Part shown: positions 54,926-64,000 of the stretch, in pieces
How positions within the stretch are numbered: position 1 is the stretch's first letter
How the letters are laid out: each line of letters opens with the position of its first letter
Position numbers and translations under genes: made by a program
The notes under the pieces: model-generated
Databases searched by the model: none
Told to the model about the DNA's origin: nothing
Seen by the model: the letters and a program-made list of their open reading frames with translations, nothing else
From: an uncultured Nitrospiraceae bacterium
GTDB taxonomy: Bacteria > Nitrospirota > Thermodesulfovibrionia > Thermodesulfovibrionales > Dissulfurispiraceae
Length of the DNA: 64,000 bases
NCBI GenBank assembly: GCA_963727805.1
Contig: CAVSHF010000003.1
Span: 2,368,001 to 2,432,000, forward strand
Direction: 5' to 3'

Positions 54926-55624
54926 ATGAATCTTAGCGTAAAAGATGTAGCGGAACTTCTAAATGTCTCTGACAAGACGATTTATCGCATGATACAGAAT
55001 GAGACAATCCCTTGTTTCAAGGTGGGAGGCCAATGGCGTTTTGACAGAAAAGAAATTGCCTCCTGGATAGAAGACACAAGGGCGTTTTCCTATCAGACTG
55101 CAATTGAGAACACCGTTATGGATGAGGAATCCATATCGATTTCGGAATTTCTGCAAAGAGGCGGCATTTATGTCAATATGGCTGGCACTGCGAAAGAAAC
55201 CGTAGTTCAGTCCTGCCTGGAACACATCAAAACACGCGTATGTGAGATTGATATAAACAAGCTTTTTTCTTCTCTGATGGACCGGGAGGCGTTATGCACT
55301 ACCGCAGTAGGTAATGGTATCGCGCTTCCCCATCCAAGCTCATTTGGGAAGTTCACGTCAGCATCGTACATTTCACTTTGCCGCCTTGAAATGCCGGTTC
55401 CTTTCGGAGCAGTTGACAACGAGGATGTGGATACTCTGTTTTTCATTTTTCCAAAGAGCGAAAGACGTTTTTTGAGGATACAGGCAAAACTGTTACGACT
55501 TTTACGGGATGAAGAGGTAATTTCAGTCGTGAAAAAAATTCCTTGTGATGATCTTTACATGGATGAAGTCTATAAAGTCCTTTCGCAAAAAGAGGAGAAG
55601 ATTATCAGGGGGCCGGCGAAATGA
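54926..55624 (+). CDS. Excisionase-like HTH fused to PTS EIIA (Ntr/Fru type) domain
   Basis: LSVKDVAELLNVSDKTIYR...VGGQWRF; DRE...TTAVGNGIALPH. Confidence 0.9.
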   Translation: MNLSVKDVAELLNVSDKTIYRMIQNETIPCFKVGGQWRFDRKEIASWIEDTRAFSYQTAIENTVMDEESISISEFLQRGGIYVNMAGTAKETVVQSCLEHIKTRVCEIDINKLFSSLMDREALCTTAVGNGIALPHPSSFGKFTSASYISLCRLEMPVPFGAVDNEDVDTLFFIFPKSERRFLRIQAKLLRLLRDEEVISVVKKIPCDDLYMDEVYKVLSQKEEKIIRGPAK

Positions 55625-57666
55625 ACTTCGGCCCCATGGATACAGCTGTCTTAGCGGTCTGTCTGCTGTTGCTGACGGCACTAACAGCGCCCCTTTTCAG
55701 AAGCTACCAGCGATTTTTGATCACTATTTGTTTTATACTCGCAGCGTCGGCATCTTTTCTGGGCACTGCCACGGGCATTTGGACGGTAAGCGGTGAAATC
55801 ATAAATCAGGTAACCCTGCCCATCGGACTTTCTGACTTGCCGTTCCACCTGAGGCTTGATGCTCTTTCGGGCTTTTTTCTAACGGTTATCGGGCTGCTCT
55901 CCTTTTTTGTATCGATCTACTCTGTAGGTTATGTGAAAGGTTATCTGGGCCACAGGCCTGTAACGAGCCTTATCATCTTTTATTGCCTCTTTCTAGCCGG
56001 GATGTTCATGGTAGTCTTGGCCGATGATGCCTTCTGTTTTCTGGTCTCGTGGGAAATTATGGCGATGGCGTCGTACTTCCTGGTAATTTTCGAAAATGAA
56101 CGGGTGGAGAACCGGCGGGCAGCATTTCTTTATCTGGTCATTGCCCACGTTGGGGCTATCGCCATCCTTCTGTCCTTCGGGGTTATGGCGAGTTTTACCA
56201 CACGCTCCGGAAGTTTCATCGGTTATACTTTCGACGCCATGAGGCAGGCTCAAATTCCCCTCGAATGGGCCACGATCGCCTTCTTCCTGTCGTTTGGCGG
56301 ATTTGCTGCAAAGGCCGGGGTCGTGCCTCTGCACGTCTGGTTGCCCGAGGCACATCCGGCTGCACCCTCGAATGTATCCGCTCTTATGAGCGGAGTAATG
56401 CTTAAGACTGCCATATACGGTATCGTGCGTATAACCTTCGATCTCATCCATGCCTTCCCGTGGTGGTGGGGAGCCATCGTGTTGATATTCGGCCTCATAT
56501 CGGCCCTCCTGGGGGTGCTTTATGCTCTTATGCAACACGATCTAAAAAGGTTGCTCGCTTATCATTCAGTTGAGAATATTGGGATAATTCTAATCGGCAT
56601 CGGGCTTGCCATGATATTCACATCATTCAAGCTTCCCTTGCTGGCAGCTCTCGCCCTCATCGCCGGTCTTTACCATACTATGAACCACGCAATATTTAAA
56701 GGGCTGTTGTTTATGGGTGCAGGGGCGGTGTTCCACGCCACCGGTGAGCGGAATATGGAGGAGATGGGCGGGCTGATACACTGCATGCCGTGGACTGCTA
56801 CCCTCTTTCTTGTTGGGTGTATTTCCATATCGGCGCTGCCGCCATTTAATGGTTTTGTGTCCGAATGGCTCACGTTTCAGGCTTTTTTGCTCTCTCCCGC
56901 TCTACCCAATCAGTTAATCAGACTCCTTATCCCGATGGGTGCCGCCTTGCTGGCATTGACAGGGGCGCTTGCCGCCGCATGCTTTGTAAAAGCTTTCGGA
57001 GTTACCTTTCTCGGACACTGGAGGGGGCCCCATACTCTGCACGCCCATGAAGTAGACTGGCCCATGCGCATCGGTATGATACTGGCGGCTCTTACCTGTT
57101 TTGGCCTTGGTGTTCTCCCCACTCTCTTCATTGACTGGATGGACGTTATTGCAGCGCAGCTCGTGGGCACAACGATCGCCACGTCCGCATCGGCCTATGG
57201 CTGGATGTGGCTAACGCCCGTATCCTACGAGCGGGCATCGTATTCGGGATCGATCGTTTTTTTTGGAATACTCATAGTTATTTTTGCAGCTTATGCGCTG
57301 CTTCATGTCCGTCCCAGTGCGATACACAGGGTGCCGATCTGGGATTGCGGGTTCGAAAAAATCAATCAGCGGATGCAGTATAATGCCACGTCCTTTTCGA
57401 TGCCGATACGGAGGATATTTGGCTATCTTTTCAGAATCAAAGAGAGCGTGGAATTGGCGCCCCAGGCCGGACACAAAGCTTTTCCTAAAAAGATACAATA
57501 TCACCTCATTATAAGAGACCGTTTCTGGGGCTGGCTCTACAGGCCGGTCGTCGAGATCAGCTTCTGGGTATCGCGCCAGGCCGGAAAGCTTCAGCAGGGC
57601 CGCGTGCAGGCCTATCTTATATATTCTTTTATAACGATCATCGTACTGCTGGTATTTTTACGATGA
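55621..57666 (+). CDS. hyfB: Antiporter-like membrane subunit (HyfB/NuoL family)
   Basis: SWEIMA, KAGVVPLHVWLPEAHPAAPS, KRLLAYHSVENIG, LPPFNGFVSEW. Confidence 0.9.
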   Translation: MNFGPMDTAVLAVCLLLLTALTAPLFRSYQRFLITICFILAASASFLGTATGIWTVSGEIINQVTLPIGLSDLPFHLRLDALSGFFLTVIGLLSFFVSIYSVGYVKGYLGHRPVTSLIIFYCLFLAGMFMVVLADDAFCFLVSWEIMAMASYFLVIFENERVENRRAAFLYLVIAHVGAIAILLSFGVMASFTTRSGSFIGYTFDAMRQAQIPLEWATIAFFLSFGGFAAKAGVVPLHVWLPEAHPAAPSNVSALMSGVMLKTAIYGIVRITFDLIHAFPWWWGAIVLIFGLISALLGVLYALMQHDLKRLLAYHSVENIGIILIGIGLAMIFTSFKLPLLAALALIAGLYHTMNHAIFKGLLFMGAGAVFHATGERNMEEMGGLIHCMPWTATLFLVGCISISALPPFNGFVSEWLTFQAFLLSPALPNQLIRLLIPMGAALLALTGALAAACFVKAFGVTFLGHWRGPHTLHAHEVDWPMRIGMILAALTCFGLGVLPTLFIDWMDVIAAQLVGTTIATSASAYGWMWLTPVSYERASYSGSIVFFGILIVIFAAYALLHVRPSAIHRVPIWDCGFEKINQRMQYNATSFSMPIRRIFGYLFRIKESVELAPQAGHKAFPKKIQYHLIIRDRFWGWLYRPVVEISFWVSRQAGKLQQGRVQAYLIYSFITIIVLLVFLR

Positions 57667-58607
57667 ACTTGATTCCCTACATCATCGAACTATTGCAGGT
57701 CATAACACTCCTTGCTGTGGCGCCCGCTTTGGTCGGGTGGATTCGGATGCTGAAATGTTGGTCGCAGGGGCGCACGTCGGCAGGGCTGTTGCAGCCTTAT
57801 CGGGACCTTTTTAAGCTCTTTGCGAAGGACATAGTATTGGCTGAGAACGCATCGTGGATATTCCGTTTCACCCCATATCTCGTCTTCGGCATCGCTATCC
57901 TTGCGGGAGGGATAATACCGATACTCTCGATCGATCTTCCCCTGGCGCCGACAGCTGATGTAATCGTGATTGTCGCGCTTTTTGCCATTGCGCGTTTCTT
58001 TACGGCGCTGGCGGGAATGGACATAGGGACAGCGTTCGGCGGAATGGGTTCAAGCCGCGAGATGATGATCGCCTCTCTGGCCGAACCCGCAATACTCATG
58101 GCGATTTTTACCGTATCACTGACGAATAAATCCACATCACTTTCTCAAATAGTGCATGTCATCTACAGCGGCCAGTCTGTGCTGCGACCGTCCCTTGCCT
58201 TCGCGTTTCTGGCCTTTATCCTGATCGCCCTTGCTGAGACAGGCAGGATACCGGTCGATAATCCCGCAACGCATCTGGAGCTTACCATGATACACGAGGC
58301 GATGATACTTGAGTATTCGGGCAGGCATCTTGCACTCGTTGAATGGGCTGGGATGATGAAGCTTTCCTTATTTGTCATGCTAGGGATTGCATCCTTTGCG
58401 CCATGGGGTATCGCTGCGAGGGGAAGCTTTATAGCGATCCCTTCCGCATTACTATTTATGGTGCTTAAATTAGGCATTGTCGGAGTTATTATTGTATTGA
58501 TCGAGACCGGACTTGCAAAGATGCGCTTATTCCGATTGACCGAATTCCTCGGTGCGGCCTTCCTGCTTGCAACACTCGGTATGCTCTCTTATTTCATGTT
58601 GGATTGA
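57663..58607 (+). CDS. hyfC: HyfC/HycD/NuoH-family membrane subunit
   Basis: QPYRDL, GSSRE, ETGRIPVDNPATHLELTMIHE. Confidence 0.9.
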   Translation: MNLIPYIIELLQVITLLAVAPALVGWIRMLKCWSQGRTSAGLLQPYRDLFKLFAKDIVLAENASWIFRFTPYLVFGIAILAGGIIPILSIDLPLAPTADVIVIVALFAIARFFTALAGMDIGTAFGGMGSSREMMIASLAEPAILMAIFTVSLTNKSTSLSQIVHVIYSGQSVLRPSLAFAFLAFILIALAETGRIPVDNPATHLELTMIHEAMILEYSGRHLALVEWAGMMKLSLFVMLGIASFAPWGIAARGSFIAIPSALLFMVLKLGIVGVIIVLIETGLAKMRLFRLTEFLGAAFLLATLGMLSYFMLD

Positions 58608-58608
58608 T

Positions 58609-59283
58609 ATGGACCTGACTACTGCGGCACAGATTAACAGTTTTTTAGCGGCACTTGTGCTCCTGACCGCCTTTGGCATGCTTGTGCAAAAGAGGATATA
58701 CGGGCTAATACACCTTTTTGCCTGGCAGGGCTTTTTCCTTGCGATCAATACCGCCATAGTCGGCTACGTTGCGGATAAGCATCATCTCTATATATCCTCT
58801 CTCCTGACCCTCTCTTTGAAAGTAGGGCTCCTGCCTTATATCCTCCATCTGCTCATCCATCGACTCAAGATCCACAAAGAGGTCGAGACCGTCATCAATA
58901 TCCCCATGACGATGCTGATCGGCATAGCGCTGGTTATATTTTCATATCACCTGATGGCGCCTGTCACAGAGCTTTCGACCCTGATAACGCGTTCAACTCT
59001 TGCGATCGCGCTTGCAACGGTGATGATCGGTCTTCTGATGATGATCACACGAAGACATGCCGTTACGCAGATTATCGGCTTTCTCGCTCTGGAGAACGGA
59101 CTTTTTTTCGCTGCGACAAGTGCAACGTATGGCATGCCCCTTGTAGTTGAACTCGGTGTTGCCCTCGATGTTTTGATCGCGGCCTTCATCTTCGGCATAT
59201 TCTTTTTCCATATACATACCACCTTTGACAGTCTGGATGTCGAGCAAATGGTGCGACTGAGGGAGGAAGATGTCGACGACTAG
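58609..59283 (+). CDS. hyfE: HyfE-family membrane subunit
   Basis: QG, QIIGFLALENG, GMPLVVELG. Confidence 0.88.
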   Translation: MDLTTAAQINSFLAALVLLTAFGMLVQKRIYGLIHLFAWQGFFLAINTAIVGYVADKHHLYISSLLTLSLKVGLLPYILHLLIHRLKIHKEVETVINIPMTMLIGIALVIFSYHLMAPVTELSTLITRSTLAIALATVMIGLLMMITRRHAVTQIIGFLALENGLFFAATSATYGMPLVVELGVALDVLIAAFIFGIFFFHIHTTFDSLDVEQMVRLREEDVDD

Positions 59284-60736
59284 CAGTATCATGCTTCTCA
59301 TCCTATTGGGCGTTCCCCTTTTTGGCGCGGTTGCCCTGGCCTTTTTGGGCGACAGGAAGTATGCACCGGAGATAAATATTGTTGGCTCCGCTTCCACATT
59401 TACAGCGGGCCTTGGGCTCGCCCTTGAAGTCTATTTCCAGGGGCCCATGCTTGCTGGGGGGAAATTCTTTTTTGTCGATGCATTCAATCTCTACCTGGCA
59501 GTATTGACTTCTTTTGTCTCGATGACTACTGCGATCTTCAGTCGTAGGTACATGAGGAGGGAGCGCGAACATGGCCGCGTCGGCCACAGACGCATGCGCT
59601 TCTACCACGCCATGTTTCAGCTCTTCATATTCGCGATGCTCCTCTGCCTCCTTACTAACAATGTCGGTGTTTTGTGGATCGCGATGGAGTTGGCCACATT
59701 ATCCACTGTACTGCTTGTCTCGCTCTATCGCACGCCTACCGCTATTGAAGCGGCCTGGAAATATTTCCTCCTCTGTGGTGTGGGAATCGCGCAGGCACTT
59801 TTCGGGACGGTCCTGCTCTATTTTGCTGCTGAAAAAGTTCTGGGCGAAGGAGGTGAGGCGCTCCTTTGGACCAACCTCAATGCGGTCAGCGGTAAGCTCG
59901 AGCCGACAGTGCTATCCCTCGCCTTTGTCTTTTTGATGGTTGGGTACGGAACAAAAGTGGGACTGGTGCCGCTTCACAACTGGCTGCCCGACGCGCATAG
60001 TGAAGGTCCCACACCTATCTCCGCCGTCCTTTCCGGCCTGCTTCTGAACATTGCGCTCTATGCTCTGGTACGATGTAAAGTGCTTGTTGACGGATCTACT
60101 CAGACGCATCATGCCGGCGATATTATGATGGGCTTCGGACTTATGTCGCTCCTCGTAGCAGCCTTTTCGCTACTCAGACAGAAGGATATAAAGCGCATGT
60201 TCTCATACTCGTCGATCGAGCATATGGGGATTGCGACCTTTGCTTTTGGCTTGGGCGGTCCTATAGCAACCTTTGGCGCACTTCTGCATATGTTGGTGCA
60301 CAGCCTTGCAAAATCAGCGATATTCTTCACCGTGGGCCATGCCTCACAGATGCATCGCACACAGGAGATGGCGAAGATTAAAGGATTGTTCAAGGGCAAT
60401 CCCCTGGTCGGATGGGGTCTGATGTTCGGCGTCCTGGCTATTGTTGGAATGCCGCCATTCGGCATATTCACGAGTGAGTTCCTGATATTGACGGCGACTA
60501 TCAAGGACGCGCCTTTATGGACTCCTTTTCTCCTGTTGGGACTGGGAGTTGCATTTGCCGCACTACTTAGCAGAGTACAACCTATGGTTTCAGGTGATGT
60601 GCCTCTGAACCAAAAGCCCATGAAAGTAGCGAATATTCCGGTAATGCTCCACATGGCGCTTGTCTTCATCATCGGTATTTATATTCCTGATTTTCTGAAT
60701 CAGTGGTTTCATACTGCAGTGGAGTTGCTGAAATGA
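59270..60736 (+). CDS. hyfF: HyfF-family antiporter-like subunit
   Basis: EAAWKY, GYGTKVGLVPLHNWLPDAHSEGP, KRMFSYSSIEHMG. Confidence 0.9.
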   Translation: MSTTSSIMLLILLGVPLFGAVALAFLGDRKYAPEINIVGSASTFTAGLGLALEVYFQGPMLAGGKFFFVDAFNLYLAVLTSFVSMTTAIFSRRYMRREREHGRVGHRRMRFYHAMFQLFIFAMLLCLLTNNVGVLWIAMELATLSTVLLVSLYRTPTAIEAAWKYFLLCGVGIAQALFGTVLLYFAAEKVLGEGGEALLWTNLNAVSGKLEPTVLSLAFVFLMVGYGTKVGLVPLHNWLPDAHSEGPTPISAVLSGLLLNIALYALVRCKVLVDGSTQTHHAGDIMMGFGLMSLLVAAFSLLRQKDIKRMFSYSSIEHMGIATFAFGLGGPIATFGALLHMLVHSLAKSAIFFTVGHASQMHRTQEMAKIKGLFKGNPLVGWGLMFGVLAIVGMPPFGIFTSEFLILTATIKDAPLWTPFLLLGLGVAFAALLSRVQPMVSGDVPLNQKPMKVANIPVMLHMALVFIIGIYIPDFLNQWFHTAVELLK

Positions 60737-62310
60737 GTCTACTGGAAAAAACAATAATTGCAGCCCTTGGAGAGGATGCAAGGTTTCGTCCGGGCCACTA
60801 CCCCGCTTCCGTCCCCCTATGCGTCGTACCGAGGATGAGATTCGTCGAGGTGGCAAAGGAGTTAAAAAAAGCCTATGCCCTGCTTGCCGCTGAATGGGCC
60901 ACGGATGAGATCGCGTTTGGAATCGCAAGGGGATACGGCATTTATGCCTGTTACCGATACGGCCCTGAATATATTATCGTTAAAGCTGAAGTGCCCGCCG
61001 ATTTCACGGTGTTTCCAAGCCTTACTAAGAAATTCGTTTCCGCCTACCGGTTTGAGCGTCAGATTGAAAGCCTGATGGGGCTAACGCCTGACAAGCATCC
61101 AGATCGGAGACCCTGGATAAAATTCGAGGACTGGCCCGTCGATGCATGGCCCTTGAGAAAATTATTCGACGCATCGAAACCGCTACCAAGGATGAAAGGG
61201 GCCTACAAATGGGTAAGGGCAGTCGGAGAAGGGGTCTACGAAATTCCAGTAGGCCCTGTTCACGCAGGAATCATCGAACCAGGGCATTTCAGGTTTCAGG
61301 CGGTCGGAGAGACCATAATCAACCTTGAAGAGCGGTTGGGATATGTTCATAAGGGAATAGAAAAGAGGTTTGAGTCGCTATCCTGGATCGAGGGGGCTCG
61401 GCTTGCAGGGCGTGTATCGGGTGACACCACGGTAGCGCATTGCCTCACCTATTGCATGGCGCTGGAATCCATGACCGGATGCAATCCTCCATCGCGAGCA
61501 CAGTGGCTGAGGGCCTTGTTCCTCGAAAGAGAGCGCATAGCAAACCACCTCGGCGATATCGGCGCCATCTGCAATGATGTCGCATTCGCATTTATGCTTT
61601 ATCAAACGATGAGGCTGAAGGAGATGCTTCTTCGCACCAATCAAAGGCTTTTCAATCACCGGCTGATGATGGACAAGATCATACCGGGCGGCGTTATCGC
61701 AGATATCAATTCAAAAGGGATAAAAGATATATTGGACGAAATGGATTATCTCACGAACGAATTTGAGAGGCTTATCATCATTTATGATGAGAATTCATCC
61801 CTTGAGGACAGAACGAGAGAGACCGGTATTCTTACCCCCGAGAAGGCGAGGGACCTTGGTGTCGTTGGAATAGTGGCGCGGGCAAGCGGTTTGAACCTCG
61901 ATTGCCGCATACAAAATCCATTCCCCCCATATGACAGAATTGAGGTGCACGTACCTGTTCTTCTTTCCGGCGATGTGCACGCAAGGGTCTGGGTGAGGAT
62001 AGAGGAGGTACGGGAATCTATCCGTCTCATACGGGAAATACTCTATAGCTTGCCGGACGGAGAGATCGCGGCAGCAGTACCCCCCCCTTTCCCTGACACA
62101 GCCGGGTTTGCCGCTGTCGAGGGATGGCGCGGCGAGATAATTTACTGGCTTCAGACCGGACCGAAAGGGGAAGTAAACAGGTGCATGGTGAGGGACCCTT
62201 CGAGCCTCTGCTGGCTGGGGCTCGAACAGGCGATAACGGGCAATATCGTCCCTGATTTCCCTGTCTGCAACAAGAGCTTTAATCAATCCTATTCGGGGCA
62301 TGATTTATGA
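60733..62310 (+). CDS. HyfG/HycE/NuoCD-like large subunit lacking NiFe ligands (Ehr large subunit)
   Basis: GPVHAGIIEPGHFRF, RVSGDTTVAH, EGWRGE, NKSFNQSYSGHDL. Confidence 0.9.
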   Translation: MSLLEKTIIAALGEDARFRPGHYPASVPLCVVPRMRFVEVAKELKKAYALLAAEWATDEIAFGIARGYGIYACYRYGPEYIIVKAEVPADFTVFPSLTKKFVSAYRFERQIESLMGLTPDKHPDRRPWIKFEDWPVDAWPLRKLFDASKPLPRMKGAYKWVRAVGEGVYEIPVGPVHAGIIEPGHFRFQAVGETIINLEERLGYVHKGIEKRFESLSWIEGARLAGRVSGDTTVAHCLTYCMALESMTGCNPPSRAQWLRALFLERERIANHLGDIGAICNDVAFAFMLYQTMRLKEMLLRTNQRLFNHRLMMDKIIPGGVIADINSKGIKDILDEMDYLTNEFERLIIIYDENSSLEDRTRETGILTPEKARDLGVVGIVARASGLNLDCRIQNPFPPYDRIEVHVPVLLSGDVHARVWVRIEEVRESIRLIREILYSLPDGEIAAAVPPPFPDTAGFAAVEGWRGEIIYWLQTGPKGEVNRCMVRDPSSLCWLGLEQAITGNIVPDFPVCNKSFNQSYSGHDL

Positions 62311-62825
62311 TAAGAATACTGTATCAGATATTTCGCACCGGCATTGTAACCGAGCCTCGTCCGAAAGAAATTCAGGCTAAAATCAAGGAAGTCGGCACCC
62401 ACCTAGAAAAAGCAGTCTGGAAGCGCTTTAAGCGGAGCCTTACGATACGGCAGGTGGACGCAGGCTCGTGCAACGGTTGCGAACTTGAGATCCATGCCAT
62501 GAACAACGCGATCTACAACTGTGAGAAATACGGTATTCACTTCACCGCTTCTCCCCGGGCAGCAGATGTACTTCTCGTAACAGGGCCTGTAACGCGAAAT
62601 ATGGAAATAGCCCTCCGCAGGACCTATAATTCAACTCCCGCTCCGAAGCTTGTTGTGGCGGCTGGAGATTGTGGTTGCAATGGAGGTATATTCGGGGAAA
62701 CCTATGCATCTCTCGGCGGCGTAGATAAAGTCATCCCAGTTGATCTTTATATACCAGGATGTCCTCCGACGCCGACGGACTTGCTTTCGGGACTGCTTAG
62801 GCTGATGGAGGCGATGGACGAGTAG
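62307..62825 (+). CDS. HyfI/HycG/NuoB-like [4Fe-4S] small subunit
   Basis: GSCNGCE, SPRAAD, GDCG, IPGCPP. Confidence 0.92.
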   Translation: MIRILYQIFRTGIVTEPRPKEIQAKIKEVGTHLEKAVWKRFKRSLTIRQVDAGSCNGCELEIHAMNNAIYNCEKYGIHFTASPRAADVLLVTGPVTRNMEIALRRTYNSTPAPKLVVAAGDCGCNGGIFGETYASLGGVDKVIPVDLYIPGCPPTPTDLLSGLLRLMEAMDE

Positions 62826-63378
62826 GGCTGTGACAATGCAATTTGCCGCAAATAGAAGCACCGAACAATCAGATAAAGCACCGCAAAATTGCACACAGTT
62901 CATTTGGCGAGGTATGGTTCTGAAGAAATTAATAAATAAGAGACGGGGAAAGGCATAGTATGACGATAGATTCAGCGGAGATGAGACATTCGTCCACGGG
63001 GATAATTATCAAGCAATAGGGCCAATTAGCACGATCATACAGAAAGGGCCAATCAGAGAGAGTTTGTTGCAGATGGACACCCGCAGCGACACTTGAATTG
63101 TCAGTATAACCTTTTGAAGAATATGGCTACTCGAGCATCACTTTTGTTTGCGGCAATAAGTGTTAGATTTAGTATATCTTGGCTTATATGCACACTATCA
63201 TAATTAACAAGGACAACTTTATAGATCGAATCCTCTAGTTTCCTCTTAGAGATAGTGAGCGGTGACGGGGAGGGCTACAACTTTAACCATCAATAGTAGT
63301 CAGGGTCATTGACACGAAGTTAAGCGTTGCGGTTGAATAAATCGATATGATTCGAACCAGCCCTTCTGAGATACTCTA

Positions 63379-64000
63379 ATGGATCTAAACGCTCTCGATG
63401 CAAAGCTCTTTCATTTGATCAACCAGGGCACCGCAAACGGTGTCTTCGATGTTACTATGCCCTTTCTGAGCGCCAAGGGATATTTGCTCATTGTTCCTTA
63501 CATATTTTTCATTCTTTGGTGCGCCCATCAGAAGAAGAATGACGGACGGAATGCGACGCTGGTCCTCGCACTCTGGACAGTATCTGTTTCGATATGTTCC
63601 TTTTTGTTAGCAGATTGGATGGGAAACGAGTTGAAGCATATCCTTGGAAGGACTCGGCCCTGTAAAGTTCTTGAAGGGGTTAGGCTCCTTGTCGGCTGCT
63701 CAAATTCTTTTTCAATGCCTTCGAACCATGCGACGAATTCGTTTGCTTATGCCGTCCCGCTTTTTTTCATGACACGGGGATACGTGCGCCTGAGGTGGAG
63801 GCTGTATCCATTGTTATTAGCCGGTCTCGTCGCCTATTCACGCCCCTATACGGGCGTTCATTATCCGGGTGATATTGCAGCGGGTGCGGTCCTCGGGATC
63901 TCTGTGGCCGCCCTGTTAATGTACCTCTTCAGTTATGCACGATCAAGATTTCAATCCCAGCCGTATACGACGTTGCTTTACGGAGGCCTCTTCGTTATAA
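63379..64000 (+). CDS. PAP2-family phosphatase domain protein (runs off window end)
   Basis: Manual translation: MDLNALDAKLFHLIN...KHILGRTRP...PSNH...SRPYTGVHYPGD. Confidence 0.88.
   Translation, partial: MDLNALDAKLFHLINQGTANGVFDVTMPFLSAKGYLLIVPYIFFILWCAHQKKNDGRNATLVLALWTVSVSICSFLLADWMGNELKHILGRTRPCKVLEGVRLLVGCSNSFSMPSNHATNSFAYAVPLFFMTRGYVRLRWRLYPLLLAGLVAYSRPYTGVHYPGDIAAGAVLGISVAALLMYLFSYARSRFQSQPYTTLLYGGLFVI

Noticed and set aside
62978..63030. GGAGATGAGACATTCGTCC resembling a fluoride riboswitch 5' part
   Set aside because: The conserved 3' CTGATG...CTAC segment is missing

Overview
Origin-proximal chromosome segment of an anaerobic bacterium. Gene content and order suggest Nitrospirota (Thermodesulfovibrionia-like), but this is inference only. 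Core replication block: dnaE, gyrA, gyrB, dnaN, dnaA, a candidate oriC upstream of dnaA, frameshifted prfB, parAB and two perfect parS sites. Also present: lnt, kdsB-pyrG, a porCDAB/acetate-CoA ligase/DRTGG cluster, a decayed accessory region (about 29-46 kb) ending at tRNA-Leu(GAG), purA-serA-aminotransferase, selA, panE, and a membrane hydrogenase-like operon whose large subunit lacks the Ni-binding cysteines (Ehr type). Least explained features: (1) a 4.4 kb AT-richer insert splitting gyrB from gyrA, carrying a putative nuclease pair and two directly repeated composite DNA sites (inverted arrays of a TTGGCGCATAAG motif around a palindromic junction plus an IHF box) that bracket a lipoprotein gene like a non-autonomous cassette; (2) a ~160 nt candidate sRNA with a near-consensus sigma70 promoter, a long closing stem and a repeat-rich loop. 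Coordinates were counted by hand; no database searches were run.
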